DNA of 64,000 nt from Promethearchaeota archaeon (GCA_011364925.1 RDOA01000012.1:18254-82253), one strand, 5' to 3'; counted from the first letter of the stretch, positions 36,487-47,356 are shown. Program-made: numbers and translations. Notes: a model not told the origin generated them from the letters alone.

Positions 36487-37722
36487 TTAGTAAATTTTCT
36501 TTAATTTAGCATATTTCCCAACCTTAACGAAGTGTTCGATTATCCCGATAATAATTCCGATGATAATTATTATAATGACCCAGAAATAAACAATATACTC
36601 AGGATTTGCAGGGTTTATCGATGGGATGGTACCGCCTGATAACAACGAAATTGGGAATATTTCTGGTTGGTTAAGGAGTAATAAGAACACAGGAATGTAG
36701 GCTAGGTTGTATATTGCTCCTATGACTAAAAATACTTGTTGTCCTGTGTAATTACTTACTCCAATGACGAGTCGAATTAGATCAATTAATCCACTGACAA
36801 AAACTAAGAATCCAAAAAGTTTAAGCCAATTAAGGAAAGCTGCGTCAATCCCCGTGACTGGAAAAGGTTGGATTATTAAAATTAAGCCAAAAATAATTCC
36901 CGCAGACATACCAAAGATTAGTTCACCCACAGTAACAGGTTGAGTCTTTTTAACTAACTTTTTCTGTTTTGCTTCTTCTATTTTTTGCTTTCTTAACGCT
37001 TTTGCTTCCTCTAATTTTTGTTTTCGAAGAATTTCAGCTTCTGCTCGTTTTTCTTCCCTTAAGGCTTTAGTCTCTGCGATTCTTTCTTCTATTCTGACTT
37101 TAGCTGCAGCTAGTTTTTCTCTTGCAAGCATTCTAGCCTCTTCTATACGTTGTTGGGTGTAAGCTCTTGCTTCAGCCATATCTTCTTCAGTAAAAGTAAA
37201 TGGGAAAATAAGAGCTAGGCGTTTGGGGATGACCCCAAAATCTTCGGGTAAAAAGCCCTCCATCGAAAAATAAACAAACGCTATTGTTATAACAATAGCA
37301 GCAATTAAACACCCTATCCAGATTCCAGAGAACATTCCTCCTAATACTTCCCACCAAAGTCTAAAGAAGAATTGAAACACTGCGACTATGATATTGATGA
37401 AAATGACAACCCCAAAAAAGAAGAATAAGGTTCTTAAGTAAAAATCAAAAAGCTCTTTAGTTATATAGAATTTGGGTGTTCCTCGGTTTTTATATAGCTT
37501 CGCTATGCTTTGAGGAGTTCCCAGTCGCCTTATAGCTTCTTCGATATCAGCGTCAGTTATTTCTTCTCCTCGGGCAATTGCTCTTGCTTCACCGTATAGC
37601 TGAGCTTCTAAATCTTCTAAAACATTCTTCAATTCTTCTTCTTTCCATTTTAACCATTCAGGAAGTTTTTGTTTCACTTGGTTAATATAATTTTTAACAA
37701 TCTGATTTTCAGATTCACTCAT
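36487..37722 (-). CDS. membrane protein with HAAS-type domain and internal 11-aa helical repeats
   Basis: AIRRLGTPQSIAKLY, SMEGFLPEDF shared with 32399..33436; EEAKALRKQKI-type repeats. Confidence 0.75.
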   Translation of the reverse strand: MSESENQIVKNYINQVKQKLPEWLKWKEEELKNVLEDLEAQLYGEARAIARGEEITDADIEEAIRRLGTPQSIAKLYKNRGTPKFYITKELFDFYLRTLFFFFGVVIFINIIVAVFQFFFRLWWEVLGGMFSGIWIGCLIAAIVITIAFVYFSMEGFLPEDFGVIPKRLALIFPFTFTEEDMAEARAYTQQRIEEARMLAREKLAAAKVRIEERIAETKALREEKRAEAEILRKQKLEEAKALRKQKIEEAKQKKLVKKTQPVTVGELIFGMSAGIIFGLILIIQPFPVTGIDAAFLNWLKLFGFLVFVSGLIDLIRLVIGVSNYTGQQVFLVIGAIYNLAYIPVFLLLLNQPEIFPISLLSGGTIPSINPANPEYIVYFWVIIIIIIGIIIGIIEHFVKVGKYAKLKKIY

Positions 37723-37849
37723 GATAATTCATTAGTTTGTTTTATATCTTTGATTAGAAAATAATCCAATATTTTTATAATTTGTAATACCTAAATTCTA
37801 TTAAATAAAATGGAGACCGATTTTCGATAAGAGTTAGGTAAAGATACAT

Positions 37850-39277
37850 ATGAAAGAAATTCCATTGAAGACTAAAGAAAAAGCAAAGAGAAGACAGTTT
37901 GGTCTGCATTTAACCTCCGTAGACATATTTTATAAATATATCTTTCCTGAAATTAAAGATCGCCTTGAAGATTATTTATGGGTCGATCTCTACGCAGGTG
38001 AAGGTAATCTAATCCTACCGATACTAGAAGAAATCCCCGTAGATCAGCGAATAACTTTCTTTCAAAATCATATTTATTTATATGATATTCAAAAAGACAT
38101 GGTTCAGAAGTGCATTAAAAATGCAGAATGTTATGGGATTCCAAAAGAAATAGCGGAAAACAAGATAAAAATACGGGATAATCTTGGAGATTTCCCCCAA
38201 ATCTTAAAAAAACAAAATTGTTCTATATTTCACGTAACAAATCCACCATATCTATACTTGGGCTATATTCGAAAGCATAATGAAACTAAAAAGTATCTAG
38301 AATATTTTGAAGGATTAAACAAGGGATACCAAGATTTATATCAAATTGCAATGATGAATGATTTGCGAAACGAAATAGGAGATTTAATATATGTCATTCC
38401 AACTAATTTCTTATTTGGAGCTTCTGTTTCAAATAAGTTTCGAGCAGATTTTTTGAAATTTTACACAATTACAAAAATGATTATATTTGAAACATCAATG
38501 TTTGATTATACAGGTACAAATATATGTATCTGTTTTCTTAAAAGAAAAGAATTTCCTAGAGACAATCCTCAATTATTCGAAGGTTTAAAGTTTAAAGATA
38601 AAAAAATTTCGCTGAAGAGATATTACAATTTAAAGCCGAAATACAAGTACCGTGCTGGTTCAGAGTTTGACACATTTTTAGAAGAAAGCCGTGCTCAAAA
38701 TACACTTAAGATAAGTTATTACTTTAAAAAGGAGGAAGTGGTTAATAATCCAGGATCCTTAGAAATCAAAGTTATTGATGCTAATAAATATGAGAACAAT
38801 CAATATAAGAATTTGATTCTTAAGGTGAATAACAAGTTGAGTGAAAAGTTAAGGAACAACATTCTTTATGCTCAAACTGTTGATACTGGTTCCATTGATG
38901 GAAGAGTAGGATTAGGAATTATTAAGGAACATTTCGGAGTCGACGGGATATTTGTTTCGGGAAATACTTATCGAACTCATCCCATTCAGATTTTTCTCGA
39001 ACCTGTACTTGCTTATAACGACCAAATTTTATTAAGAAATTATTTTAATATAATCCTAGAATATTTTAGGAGGGAACTCGATAGTGAATTTTTAACTACA
39101 TATAAATATTCTAACGCAGATTATACGAGAAAATATTTAGGGCTTACTCAAGTTAGGGGTTTGATCGAAACATTTCCGTACGACTTTAAAGAGAGTGATA
39201 AGAATTCTTTAAAATCATATATAAAGAAGAATGAGATTAAAAACATTTTTAAGCTAATTCGTGAAGCTAGCAATTAA
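37850..39277 (+). CDS. amino-DNA methyltransferase (probable N6-adenine, gamma-type motif order), orphan
   Basis: DLYAGEG (motif I) before NPPY (motif IV), DLYQ, IPTNFL. Confidence 0.8.
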   Translation: MKEIPLKTKEKAKRRQFGLHLTSVDIFYKYIFPEIKDRLEDYLWVDLYAGEGNLILPILEEIPVDQRITFFQNHIYLYDIQKDMVQKCIKNAECYGIPKEIAENKIKIRDNLGDFPQILKKQNCSIFHVTNPPYLYLGYIRKHNETKKYLEYFEGLNKGYQDLYQIAMMNDLRNEIGDLIYVIPTNFLFGASVSNKFRADFLKFYTITKMIIFETSMFDYTGTNICICFLKRKEFPRDNPQLFEGLKFKDKKISLKRYYNLKPKYKYRAGSEFDTFLEESRAQNTLKISYYFKKEEVVNNPGSLEIKVIDANKYENNQYKNLILKVNNKLSEKLRNNILYAQTVDTGSIDGRVGLGIIKEHFGVDGIFVSGNTYRTHPIQIFLEPVLAYNDQILLRNYFNIILEYFRRELDSEFLTTYKYSNADYTRKYLGLTQVRGLIETFPYDFKESDKNSLKSYIKKNEIKNIFKLIREASN

Positions 39278-40146
39278 ATACTAGCAAACAAGAACGCAAT
39301 TAAGCCAATAAACATTCCTATCTTCAAGGATAAACTAATTTTCTTCAAATCTCTTACCTCTAATTTCGAAGTTAGCATTAAAAAGAAAGTATAAGCTACC
39401 TCAATTAACCCGACAATCATTAAAACAATAAAAAGAGGAAGATTTAGAATATTGGTTGATATAGGCAATATAAAGAATATTATTGCGATTACTGCAAAAA
39501 TTAAAGCAATGTTCCGTGAGTTTTTGACTCCAAATTTTATAGCTAATGTTTTAACCCCTTGTTTTTTATCTCCTTCAATATCTTCGCACCCTTTAATAAT
39601 TTCCCTGGATACTAAAAGAGAGAATGCAGTAATAAAGAAATAGAAGATGTAAAGAGGAATAAATATACTATTTAGTAAAGCTCCATATACTAAACCAATC
39701 GAAAAAGATATACCTACAACAAGATTTCCAAAAAATCCGCTTTTTTTTCCCCATTTAGCATAAACCCATCCAATAAACCCGAAAAACGAAGCTAATATAA
39801 AATTCAGTAAGCTAAGATTAAATAAGATGGTGTTAACAATACATAATATTATCCCAAAACTAAGATAAATAATGAAAAGTAATTTTGCCTGCTTTAGGGT
39901 TATTGAACCTCTTGGAATAGGCCGATCTGGTCTATTAATTTTATCTATTTCTACATCGTAGATATCATTAATAACCATACCGGAAGCTGCAATAAAAATA
40001 TAAGTAAATACGCCTAAAATAATATTTATAACAAGTATTTCTACCGGAATATCTATACGAGTATTTAATAAGCCTATAATGACTGAAAGGGCTCCCATTA
40101 CGCAATTAATAGGGCGTGCTATTTCAAGTGTATCTTTTAATTTCAT
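39274..40146 (-). CDS. digeranylgeranylglyceryl phosphate synthase (UbiA family)
   Basis: ARPINC, NDIYDVEIDKINRPDRPIPRG, REIIKGCEDIEGD; adjacent to GGGPS. Confidence 0.9.
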   Translation of the reverse strand: MKLKDTLEIARPINCVMGALSVIIGLLNTRIDIPVEILVINIILGVFTYIFIAASGMVINDIYDVEIDKINRPDRPIPRGSITLKQAKLLFIIYLSFGIILCIVNTILFNLSLLNFILASFFGFIGWVYAKWGKKSGFFGNLVVGISFSIGLVYGALLNSIFIPLYIFYFFITAFSLLVSREIIKGCEDIEGDKKQGVKTLAIKFGVKNSRNIALIFAVIAIIFFILPISTNILNLPLFIVLMIVGLIEVAYTFFLMLTSKLEVRDLKKISLSLKIGMFIGLIAFLFASI

Positions 40147-40167
40147 AATTAAGCAAAAATAGGTGTT

Positions 40168-40995
40168 TTATTTCAAACAATAATTTTTCTTAGTATTTTT
40201 TCCCGCGTCCTTGATTTCATCAATAATTGTTTTTAACGAATTTCCATTATCTTTTAATACTTTACTTTCTAAATATGTTCCCATTACTATAATATCCGCC
40301 CCTGCTTCAACGAAATTTCTAGCATCTTCTTTAGATCTAACACCTCCCCCTACAATTATAGGTATATTCAAGAGATTTGAACTGAGTCGAATAATTTCAG
40401 CGGGTATTTTTTTGCTGCCTGAACCAGCTTCTAAATATATTAACTTAAAACCGAAATATTCTGCTGCTAGGCAATAAGCTGCTGTCAATTTGGGTTTTTC
40501 TCTTGGTAGCAGTTTAGCCTTACTAATCCATCCAGCAGTACCCCCAGGTTCTATTATTAAATATCCCGTTGAGATGATTTCTAGCTTCGACAATTTCACT
40601 GTGTACGATGCTATAGCTTGTTGCCCTATGATAAAATATGGATCTTCCGAGTTTAAAATTGACATAAATAAAATAGCATCAGCATGCTTTGACACATTTG
40701 CTACACTTCCGGGAAATATTATGATTGGCAAATCAACATTCTCTTTGATTGCGAGGACTGTCTCGTCAACAAAATTTTGGTCAAAAACAGTGCTCCCACC
40801 AATTAAAATAGCGTCAGTTCCTGCTTGTTCTGCATAAAGAGCAATTTTTCCCGCTTTAGAGGGATTTTGTTTAATGGGATCCGGATCAATAAGAGAAAAA
40901 TGGAGGGTTCCATCACAATTTATTTTGTTTACTAAATACTCGTAGGTACCTGTTTTAACTGCGTTATTTGTTAATGTGCCAACCATAAAACTCAC
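40168..40995 (-). CDS. geranylgeranylglyceryl phosphate synthase (PcrB family)
   Basis: LIDPD, DAILIGGST, FPG, ADAILFMSILNS, YLEAGSG, VGGGVR. Confidence 0.92.
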   Translation of the reverse strand: MSFMVGTLTNNAVKTGTYEYLVNKINCDGTLHFSLIDPDPIKQNPSKAGKIALYAEQAGTDAILIGGSTVFDQNFVDETVLAIKENVDLPIIIFPGSVANVSKHADAILFMSILNSEDPYFIIGQQAIASYTVKLSKLEIISTGYLIIEPGGTAGWISKAKLLPREKPKLTAAYCLAAEYFGFKLIYLEAGSGSKKIPAEIIRLSSNLLNIPIIVGGGVRSKEDARNFVEAGADIIVMGTYLESKVLKDNGNSLKTIIDEIKDAGKNTKKNYCLK

Positions 40996-41004
40996 ATAAT
41001 ATAA

Positions 41005-42408
41005 TTATTTTACTTTTTTAGCATTTATTAACATTCTTAAAATTTTATCATATACTTGAATAGCACGCGATTTCCATTCTTCAAATTTTTCAATAGTAAG
41101 TGGAAAATTCTTATAATGCCTTGAAATTTCATTCATCCGAATTCGTAAATAATTCAAGTCTAACAGCAGGTTTGGTTTGGAGATTCCTTTTATCGCCTTA
41201 CTTACTAAACTAATTAAAGGTAATTCAAATTCTCCAGTTGAAGAGATTTCTAGTATTTCTTCACCACTCAATAAATCTTGTTGTAAAGCAAAGTTTAAAT
41301 CTTCGTTAGAAAGTATTTGGAGAGTCATTCTTAGCAAGTCTAGTGAAGCAAATTCAGCTCCAAAACTGGTCATAACTTCGTAGTTGTAATTCCATAATGT
41401 GTCAACAGAATAATCTCCTTTTTCAATTGCGTTAAGTGCTGTATTGGCAGCAAAGAAACCTCCCCTCATTGAAGGATCAATACCTCCTCCATGAAGGGGG
41501 TTTACTTGACAAGCAGCATCTCCAACAAACATAATTCCATTGTCAGTACATGACCAAAGGGGTCGTCTTATAGACACTACACCTCCACCAGAAGAAAGAA
41601 TCTTGTATTTTGAGGTTTTTATGAATTCTTTAAAGACATTTTGCTGATATAATTCTTTTACCTTACCTTTAAGGTCCATAAACGCTCCAAGACCAATATT
41701 GAGGGAAGATTCATTTTTAGGAAAATACCATATATAACCTCCTGGTGCTTTTTCTTGATTTAAAATAATGGAAATATAATCGGGGTCATTAATTTTTATG
41801 TCCTGAGGAGAAAATTTCACAATCTCCCTATAGCAAAGAATACTATCTTCTTTTAGTACCTCTTTCTCAACTAGTGTGCTTTTTAATTTCTTCCGAAGGG
41901 GAGAATAATACCCGGAAGCATCAATTAAAAGTTTAGAGTGAAGCTCCGCTTTTTCGCCATTACTGAGTTTTACTTTTACTCCAGAAACCGTATTTTGGTC
42001 ATATATTAAATCAAGGGCCATTGTTTTATCATAAAAATGTTCAATACCGGCGTCTAGAGCTTCGTTCAATAATCTTTGACCAAATTCAACCCTATTAACG
42101 ATATAGCCAGCTTGTCTTGGATCAGTTAAATCAATGCATTTCTTTAGGTTCGGGGTGTATAATTTAGCACCTTTGATTTTGCATGAAAGTTCATCATCTC
42201 TTGGATGTTTAATGTTAAGAAAATCAAATATATCGGTACCAACCGCATCTCCACAAATTTTATTCCCGATTTCTTTTTTTTCTTTACTATCGATTAGACA
42301 GACACTCAAACCTTTTTCAGTGGTAAAACGGGCAGCAATACTACCTCCTGTTCCCGCACCAACAACAATAACATCAAAAGTTTTATTTAAATTTTCCATA
42401 GAAACCAA
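41005..42408 (-). CDS. geranylgeranyl reductase family flavoprotein
   Basis: VVGAGTGG, KICGDA, PGGYIWYFP, VGDAACQVNPLHGGGI. Confidence 0.9.
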   Translation of the reverse strand: MVSMENLNKTFDVIVVGAGTGGSIAARFTTEKGLSVCLIDSKEKKEIGNKICGDAVGTDIFDFLNIKHPRDDELSCKIKGAKLYTPNLKKCIDLTDPRQAGYIVNRVEFGQRLLNEALDAGIEHFYDKTMALDLIYDQNTVSGVKVKLSNGEKAELHSKLLIDASGYYSPLRKKLKSTLVEKEVLKEDSILCYREIVKFSPQDIKINDPDYISIILNQEKAPGGYIWYFPKNESSLNIGLGAFMDLKGKVKELYQQNVFKEFIKTSKYKILSSGGGVVSIRRPLWSCTDNGIMFVGDAACQVNPLHGGGIDPSMRGGFFAANTALNAIEKGDYSVDTLWNYNYEVMTSFGAEFASLDLLRMTLQILSNEDLNFALQQDLLSGEEILEISSTGEFELPLISLVSKAIKGISKPNLLLDLNYLRIRMNEISRHYKNFPLTIEKFEEWKSRAIQVYDKILRMLINAKKVK

Positions 42409-42433
42409 GATTACAAAAAGATTTAAGTTATTT

Positions 42434-43168
42434 TTATATTAAAGTCAGCAAGAATACTATGGCCACCGTAGCTATAGGGACGGTTAAATCGTCCCAAGTT
42501 GATGGAGATATTAACTCAACGATCGTTGCTAAAGCACTCATTATTAGAGAATAAATAAGAGCAATTTCAAGTGTAAGATGGTTTTGTGTAATTGAATTTG
42601 TGAAAATAGTAAAAGCAAAGAAACAAAGTAAAAATCCACTTATGAAGAAAGTTAATGATCCTTCTATTGTTCGCGTACTCTTTAACCAGGGTAGCTTAAT
42701 ATTCATTTTCCCATATTTCTTACCAATTATCGAGGCGAGAGTATCTGAAACAATCATTAATAATATCCCCGCTATAGGGAAATACATTTTTCCTGGAGCT
42801 ACTATAACAAAAAATGTTATCAATATCGTAATTGATAAACAATAATGAAACGGTCCTTCTAAGTATCCCACTTTTTCTTCTGCTTCTTCTCCAATTGAAT
42901 CATATAGCTCCTTTAATTGTTTCACGCTGCTTTTTTTCGAACTTAGAAGAGTTAAAAGAGTCATCGAACCAGCTAATATTACGGCAAACCATGGCCAGGT
43001 ATAAAAAGGTGTTGTTAAGACCGCTAATCCAGCAAGAAGATGTACGGCTTTACGAGCTTGGAATTTAGTGATTTTATCCCTTTTTTTCAACTGAACAGGT
43101 ATTAGAATAGTAGCAAGCACATATATAAATGTTAATAGAAGAATCAATAAATCCAGTAAGATGTTCAT
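42434..43168 (-). CDS. phytol/dolichol kinase-like CTP-dependent membrane kinase
   Basis: RKAVH, SDTLASIIGKKYG, RTIEGS, DDLTVP. Confidence 0.8.
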   Translation of the reverse strand: MNILLDLLILLLTFIYVLATILIPVQLKKRDKITKFQARKAVHLLAGLAVLTTPFYTWPWFAVILAGSMTLLTLLSSKKSSVKQLKELYDSIGEEAEEKVGYLEGPFHYCLSITILITFFVIVAPGKMYFPIAGILLMIVSDTLASIIGKKYGKMNIKLPWLKSTRTIEGSLTFFISGFLLCFFAFTIFTNSITQNHLTLEIALIYSLIMSALATIVELISPSTWDDLTVPIATVAIVFLLTLI

Positions 43169-43354
43169 GGTGTTCAGTTCTTTTTTTGTAGTTTTGTTAT
43201 TAACACTGATAAATTTTTATTGTATTTAAAATAAAATCAGATTAATTCTAATATTAAGTGTGATAAAGGATGAAAACATAAATTATTGCATTCAGATAAA
43301 GTTAATTCTTATTTTGCATTTTCATAGATACTTTAGTTAAAAGAGAAATGAATT

Positions 43355-45394
43355 ATGAACGAAATATATTCTGAAGAAGAACTCAAAAACTTACCCTTCA
43401 TGAATGAATCTTTAGAGTTGGAAAAAAGAGTAGAAGACTTACTAAGCAGATTAACTCTTGCTGAGAAATTTAAACTATGTGCGGGTAGAATGATGTGGCA
43501 CACGAAACCAATTAAAAGATTAGGGATTAAATCTTTCACTATGTACGATGGACCTCACGGTGTTAGACCCGACACTATGGGAGAGAAAAGAAGCACTTAT
43601 TTTCCGGTTGCTATTTGTAGAGCAGCCACGTGGGATTTGATGCTTTCATACGAATTTGGAAAAGCAATCGCAGAGGAAACTCGTGAACTCGGTGCACATA
43701 TGTTGCTCGCGCCTGGAATAAATATTCAAAGAACTCCTATGAACGGAAGAACATTTGAATATCAGACTGAAGACCCGTACCTAAACAAACATTTAGCTAT
43801 TGCTACTGTGAAAGGAGTTCAAAGTCAAAGAATAGCGGCGTGTGTGAAACATTTCGCATGTAATAACCAAGAGACGAACAGATTTACCGAAAGCTCTGAA
43901 GTAGACGAACGCACTTTACAAGAAATATACTTACCTGCTTTTAAAGCTACAGTACAAAAAGCCGATGCTTGGTCGTTCATGACATGCTATAATAAAGTAA
44001 ACGGAATCTACGGTTCAGAAAATTATAACTTGTTAAGAAAGAGATTAATGGATGAGTGGGGGTTTAGAGGATTTGCTGTTTCAGATTGGAATGCAACAGC
44101 CTATACTAACACAGGAGGATGTGTTAGAGCCGGACTATCTTTAGAAATGCCTACAGCTAAAAAATACAGTAAAAGTGAACTAACTAAAGCATTCGAGAAT
44201 GGTGAATTCACCTTAGAAGATCTTGATGAAAACATAAGAAGATTGCTAAGAGTGATGTTTTTGGTTGGACTATTCGATGATCAGAGTAAATTACCTAAGG
44301 GTTGCAGAAATACTCCAGAACACCAACAGTTAGCTCGAAAAATTGCTGAGGACGGGATTGTTCTTCTAAAAAATGAAGGAGATTTACTGCCATTAGATAT
44401 TAATAAAGTAAATAAATTAGCTGTTATTGGACCAAACGCTAACTTTCGGTTAGGAGAAGCTGACATATGGTCTGGAGGAGGAAGTTCGCAAAATTTTCCT
44501 CCTTATGAAATAAGTCCCCTTGATGGTCTAAAGCACAAATGCAAAAATAAGGTAGAAATAATAGAGGATCCCTCATTAGCAGATATTACTATTATATTTG
44601 CTGGGCTAAACCACAATAATGGAATGGATGCTGAAGGGGAAGATAAAAAAGAACTTGGATTACCTTCAGAACAAGTTAATTTAATTAAGAATGCGATTCA
44701 AAAGAATGCTAATACAATTGTCGTGCTAATTAGTGGTAGTCCTGTAGCTATGGATGATTGGATCGAACAAGTACCTTCTGTTGTCGAAGCTTGGTACGGT
44801 GGGATGGAAGCAGGAACAGCTTTAGCAAACGTTTTATTTGGAGATGTAAACCCTTCTGGAAAACTTACGATGACATTTCCAAAGAAGTTGTCAGATTCAC
44901 CAGCTCATAATTCCGAGAGAAGTTATCCCGGAGGTGATAAGGTTTTTTACGATGAGGGCATTTTCGTCGGATATCGTCATTTTGACACAAATGGCATTGA
45001 CCCACTCTTCCCTTTTGGTTATGGATTATCGTATACGACTTTTGCTTATAATAATTTAACGATAAATAAAAAAAAGATAAACGCAGACGACACGATTAAA
45101 GTATCCGTTGACATCACTAACACAGGGGATAGAGTAGGAAAAGAAATCGTACAATTATATGTTAATGATATTGAATCTAGTGTTGAAAGACCACAAAAAG
45201 AATTAAAGGGATTCAAGAAAGTCGAGCTTAAGCCTGATCAAACGGAAACCATTGTGTTTGAATTGAATAAGGATGATTTCTCTTATTATAATCCAGTTGA
45301 AAACTCTTGGGTTGTAGAAAAAGGATGGTTTAAAATATTAGTGGGGAGTTCTTCTAGGACCATTCACCTTGAAGGAGAAATAGAATTTTCATAA
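43355..45394 (+). CDS. glycoside hydrolase family 3 (beta-glucosidase) with C-terminal Fn3-like domain
   Basis: DGPHGVR, GRTFEY..EDP, KHFACNNQE, VSDW, VNPSGKL, FPFGYGLSYT. Confidence 0.95.
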   Translation: MNEIYSEEELKNLPFMNESLELEKRVEDLLSRLTLAEKFKLCAGRMMWHTKPIKRLGIKSFTMYDGPHGVRPDTMGEKRSTYFPVAICRAATWDLMLSYEFGKAIAEETRELGAHMLLAPGINIQRTPMNGRTFEYQTEDPYLNKHLAIATVKGVQSQRIAACVKHFACNNQETNRFTESSEVDERTLQEIYLPAFKATVQKADAWSFMTCYNKVNGIYGSENYNLLRKRLMDEWGFRGFAVSDWNATAYTNTGGCVRAGLSLEMPTAKKYSKSELTKAFENGEFTLEDLDENIRRLLRVMFLVGLFDDQSKLPKGCRNTPEHQQLARKIAEDGIVLLKNEGDLLPLDINKVNKLAVIGPNANFRLGEADIWSGGGSSQNFPPYEISPLDGLKHKCKNKVEIIEDPSLADITIIFAGLNHNNGMDAEGEDKKELGLPSEQVNLIKNAIQKNANTIVVLISGSPVAMDDWIEQVPSVVEAWYGGMEAGTALANVLFGDVNPSGKLTMTFPKKLSDSPAHNSERSYPGGDKVFYDEGIFVGYRHFDTNGIDPLFPFGYGLSYTTFAYNNLTINKKKINADDTIKVSVDITNTGDRVGKEIVQLYVNDIESSVERPQKELKGFKKVELKPDQTETIVFELNKDDFSYYNPVENSWVVEKGWFKILVGSSSRTIHLEGEIEFS

Positions 45395-45461
45395 TAAAAG
45401 AAAATAAAATTTCAATAAAAAAAAGATTAAGTATTGTTAACTTACAATATAAAGATTGGAT

Positions 45462-45887
45462 CTATTCGAAATAATGCGCGCCTTCTTCCATCGCGATGCT
45501 TTGTATCTCACCAAAAGCGATTGCGTCCTGAAGGTTACCATCAATAACTAAATCTCCGGCCATATACGCGCTTGTAGAGTCTATCTCACCAGAGGACAAA
45601 CCTGCCCAAATTGCTCCAGTAGCAGACAATGTGACGCTTGGATCTTCTCCCTCTCCTTCTCCATATTCCACTGTTCCATCACCCATTTTAACCCAATACT
45701 TATAATCAACGTCAGTCATTACAAGTTGGACAACAGTGGTATCAATGTCTTCCAATTCTTCTTTTACATCTTCATTTTCCTCAGCTAATTGCTTAACGAA
45801 CTCAAAGACTTTAAGAGCATCTGAAGGTTGGCTTGCACCCTTTTCTCTTATTTCTTTTAATTCATTTACTAAATTCTGGTCGACCAT
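45462..45887 (-). CDS. SCP2 sterol/lipid-binding domain protein
   Basis: GEGEDPSVTL...SGEIDSTSAYMAGDLVIDGN. Confidence 0.85.
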   Translation of the reverse strand: MVDQNLVNELKEIREKGASQPSDALKVFEFVKQLAEENEDVKEELEDIDTTVVQLVMTDVDYKYWVKMGDGTVEYGEGEGEDPSVTLSATGAIWAGLSSGEIDSTSAYMAGDLVIDGNLQDAIAFGEIQSIAMEEGAHYFE

Positions 45888-46099
45888 TTTATATCTCTAC
45901 CTTTTATTTGTTTAAAATTGAAGTTATAGTTTAGATTATAATGATAATTTATTTAAAGATTTATTTTTTGTCGTTTCGTGATTTTTTAGAATCGATGATT
46001 AATTTAGAATTATATATTTTCTTTTAAACTGGCATCTAAAACTTTTTAATTCTAAGCATACTTAATAAGATAACATTATAATACGATTTCTGTAATATC

Positions 46100-47356
46100 A
46101 TGTTGAGAGTGGGCATAATTGGTTGTGGCGATATCGCAAATTTTAATATCTTAGGATATCTTCGTTCCCAAGAAACTGAACTCGTTGCAGTTTGTGATAC
46201 CGATTTAATTAAGGCTGGTAAAAAGTTAGAACGATGGGGATTACGAACAGTTCCTATATACGAGGAATTTAAAAAGATGATTGACCGTGAAGATCTTGAC
46301 ATCGTAGAAATTTTAACTCCCCATCACCTTCACGCTCCAATGACAGAGTATTGTGCGAAAGCAGGAGTTCCAGGGATTTCAGTACAAAAACCTATGGCTC
46401 ATACTATAACAGATTGTGATTACATGATACGAGTTTGTGCCGAAGAAAAAGTAAAACTTAAACTGTTTGAAAATTTTAGGTTTTATCCAGTGTATTTAAG
46501 AGCAAAGGAACTACTAGAGCAAGGTGTAATAGGTGAGCCTTTAAATTTTCGAATAAATACCATTGGAATGGGAGGACCTGGCATGCCTGTAGAAATGAAT
46601 GCTCTTTTATGGAGAGGTGATTACGATAAATGTGGAGGGGGTAGATGGATATACGATGACGGAATTCACAAATTTTCTATGGCGCTATGGTTAATGGATC
46701 AAGAAAGAGTTGATGAATTGTATGGTTGGATCGATTATTTTTCTACTGTGATGGACGCCCCAAGTTTTATGTATTGGAAATATCCTAGCAAAAAAGAAAA
46801 CGATCCTCCTAAATTCGGCTCAATGCAGTTTACACTTGCTCCCAATGTTTATTATCCGAGCAACTACTACGATTGTGACGAATTCATTGAAATTTCTGGA
46901 ACTAAAGGTATGATGTGGTTAAATCAATGTACCTCAGGTGGAAATATCATCGCAAAAGCGCCTCAGTATCCTCCAATCGTTGTGTATAGTGACGGTGAGG
47001 TGAAAGTTTATGGAGAGGATTTACCAAGAGATTGGAGATATTCATTTATCAATTCAACTGAACACTTTATAAATGCCATGCTAAAAGGAAACGATCCAAT
47101 CTATACAGGTGAACAAGGAAAGAATTTGAGCATCTTTGCAAAAATGCCATTTATTTCAACTCAACAGAATAGAATTGTAGGGTGGGATGAAATTACTCCA
47201 GAAACTGAACAAAATGGTTCTTGTAACGTAATAGAGCCCGTAAAAATCGATGGAGGGATATTCAGAAAGTACCTTAAAAGTATTAGAATGGATTTGAAAA
47301 AAGGAATTCAGGAAGGATTAACGCACAAAGAATTCAAATATCAATACGAACTATAA
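46100..47356 (+). CDS. Gfo/Idh/MocA family oxidoreductase
   Basis: VGIIGCG, LTPHHLH, QKPMA, ENFRF, DDGIH. Confidence 0.9.
   Translation: MLRVGIIGCGDIANFNILGYLRSQETELVAVCDTDLIKAGKKLERWGLRTVPIYEEFKKMIDREDLDIVEILTPHHLHAPMTEYCAKAGVPGISVQKPMAHTITDCDYMIRVCAEEKVKLKLFENFRFYPVYLRAKELLEQGVIGEPLNFRINTIGMGGPGMPVEMNALLWRGDYDKCGGGRWIYDDGIHKFSMALWLMDQERVDELYGWIDYFSTVMDAPSFMYWKYPSKKENDPPKFGSMQFTLAPNVYYPSNYYDCDEFIEISGTKGMMWLNQCTSGGNIIAKAPQYPPIVVYSDGEVKVYGEDLPRDWRYSFINSTEHFINAMLKGNDPIYTGEQGKNLSIFAKMPFISTQQNRIVGWDEITPETEQNGSCNVIEPVKIDGGIFRKYLKSIRMDLKKGIQEGLTHKEFKYQYEL

Noticed and set aside
42434-43168. CDP-archaeol synthase (CarS)
   Set aside because: Motifs RKxxH, D..A...G..YG, T.EGS and D.L.VP fit phytol/dolichol kinases better
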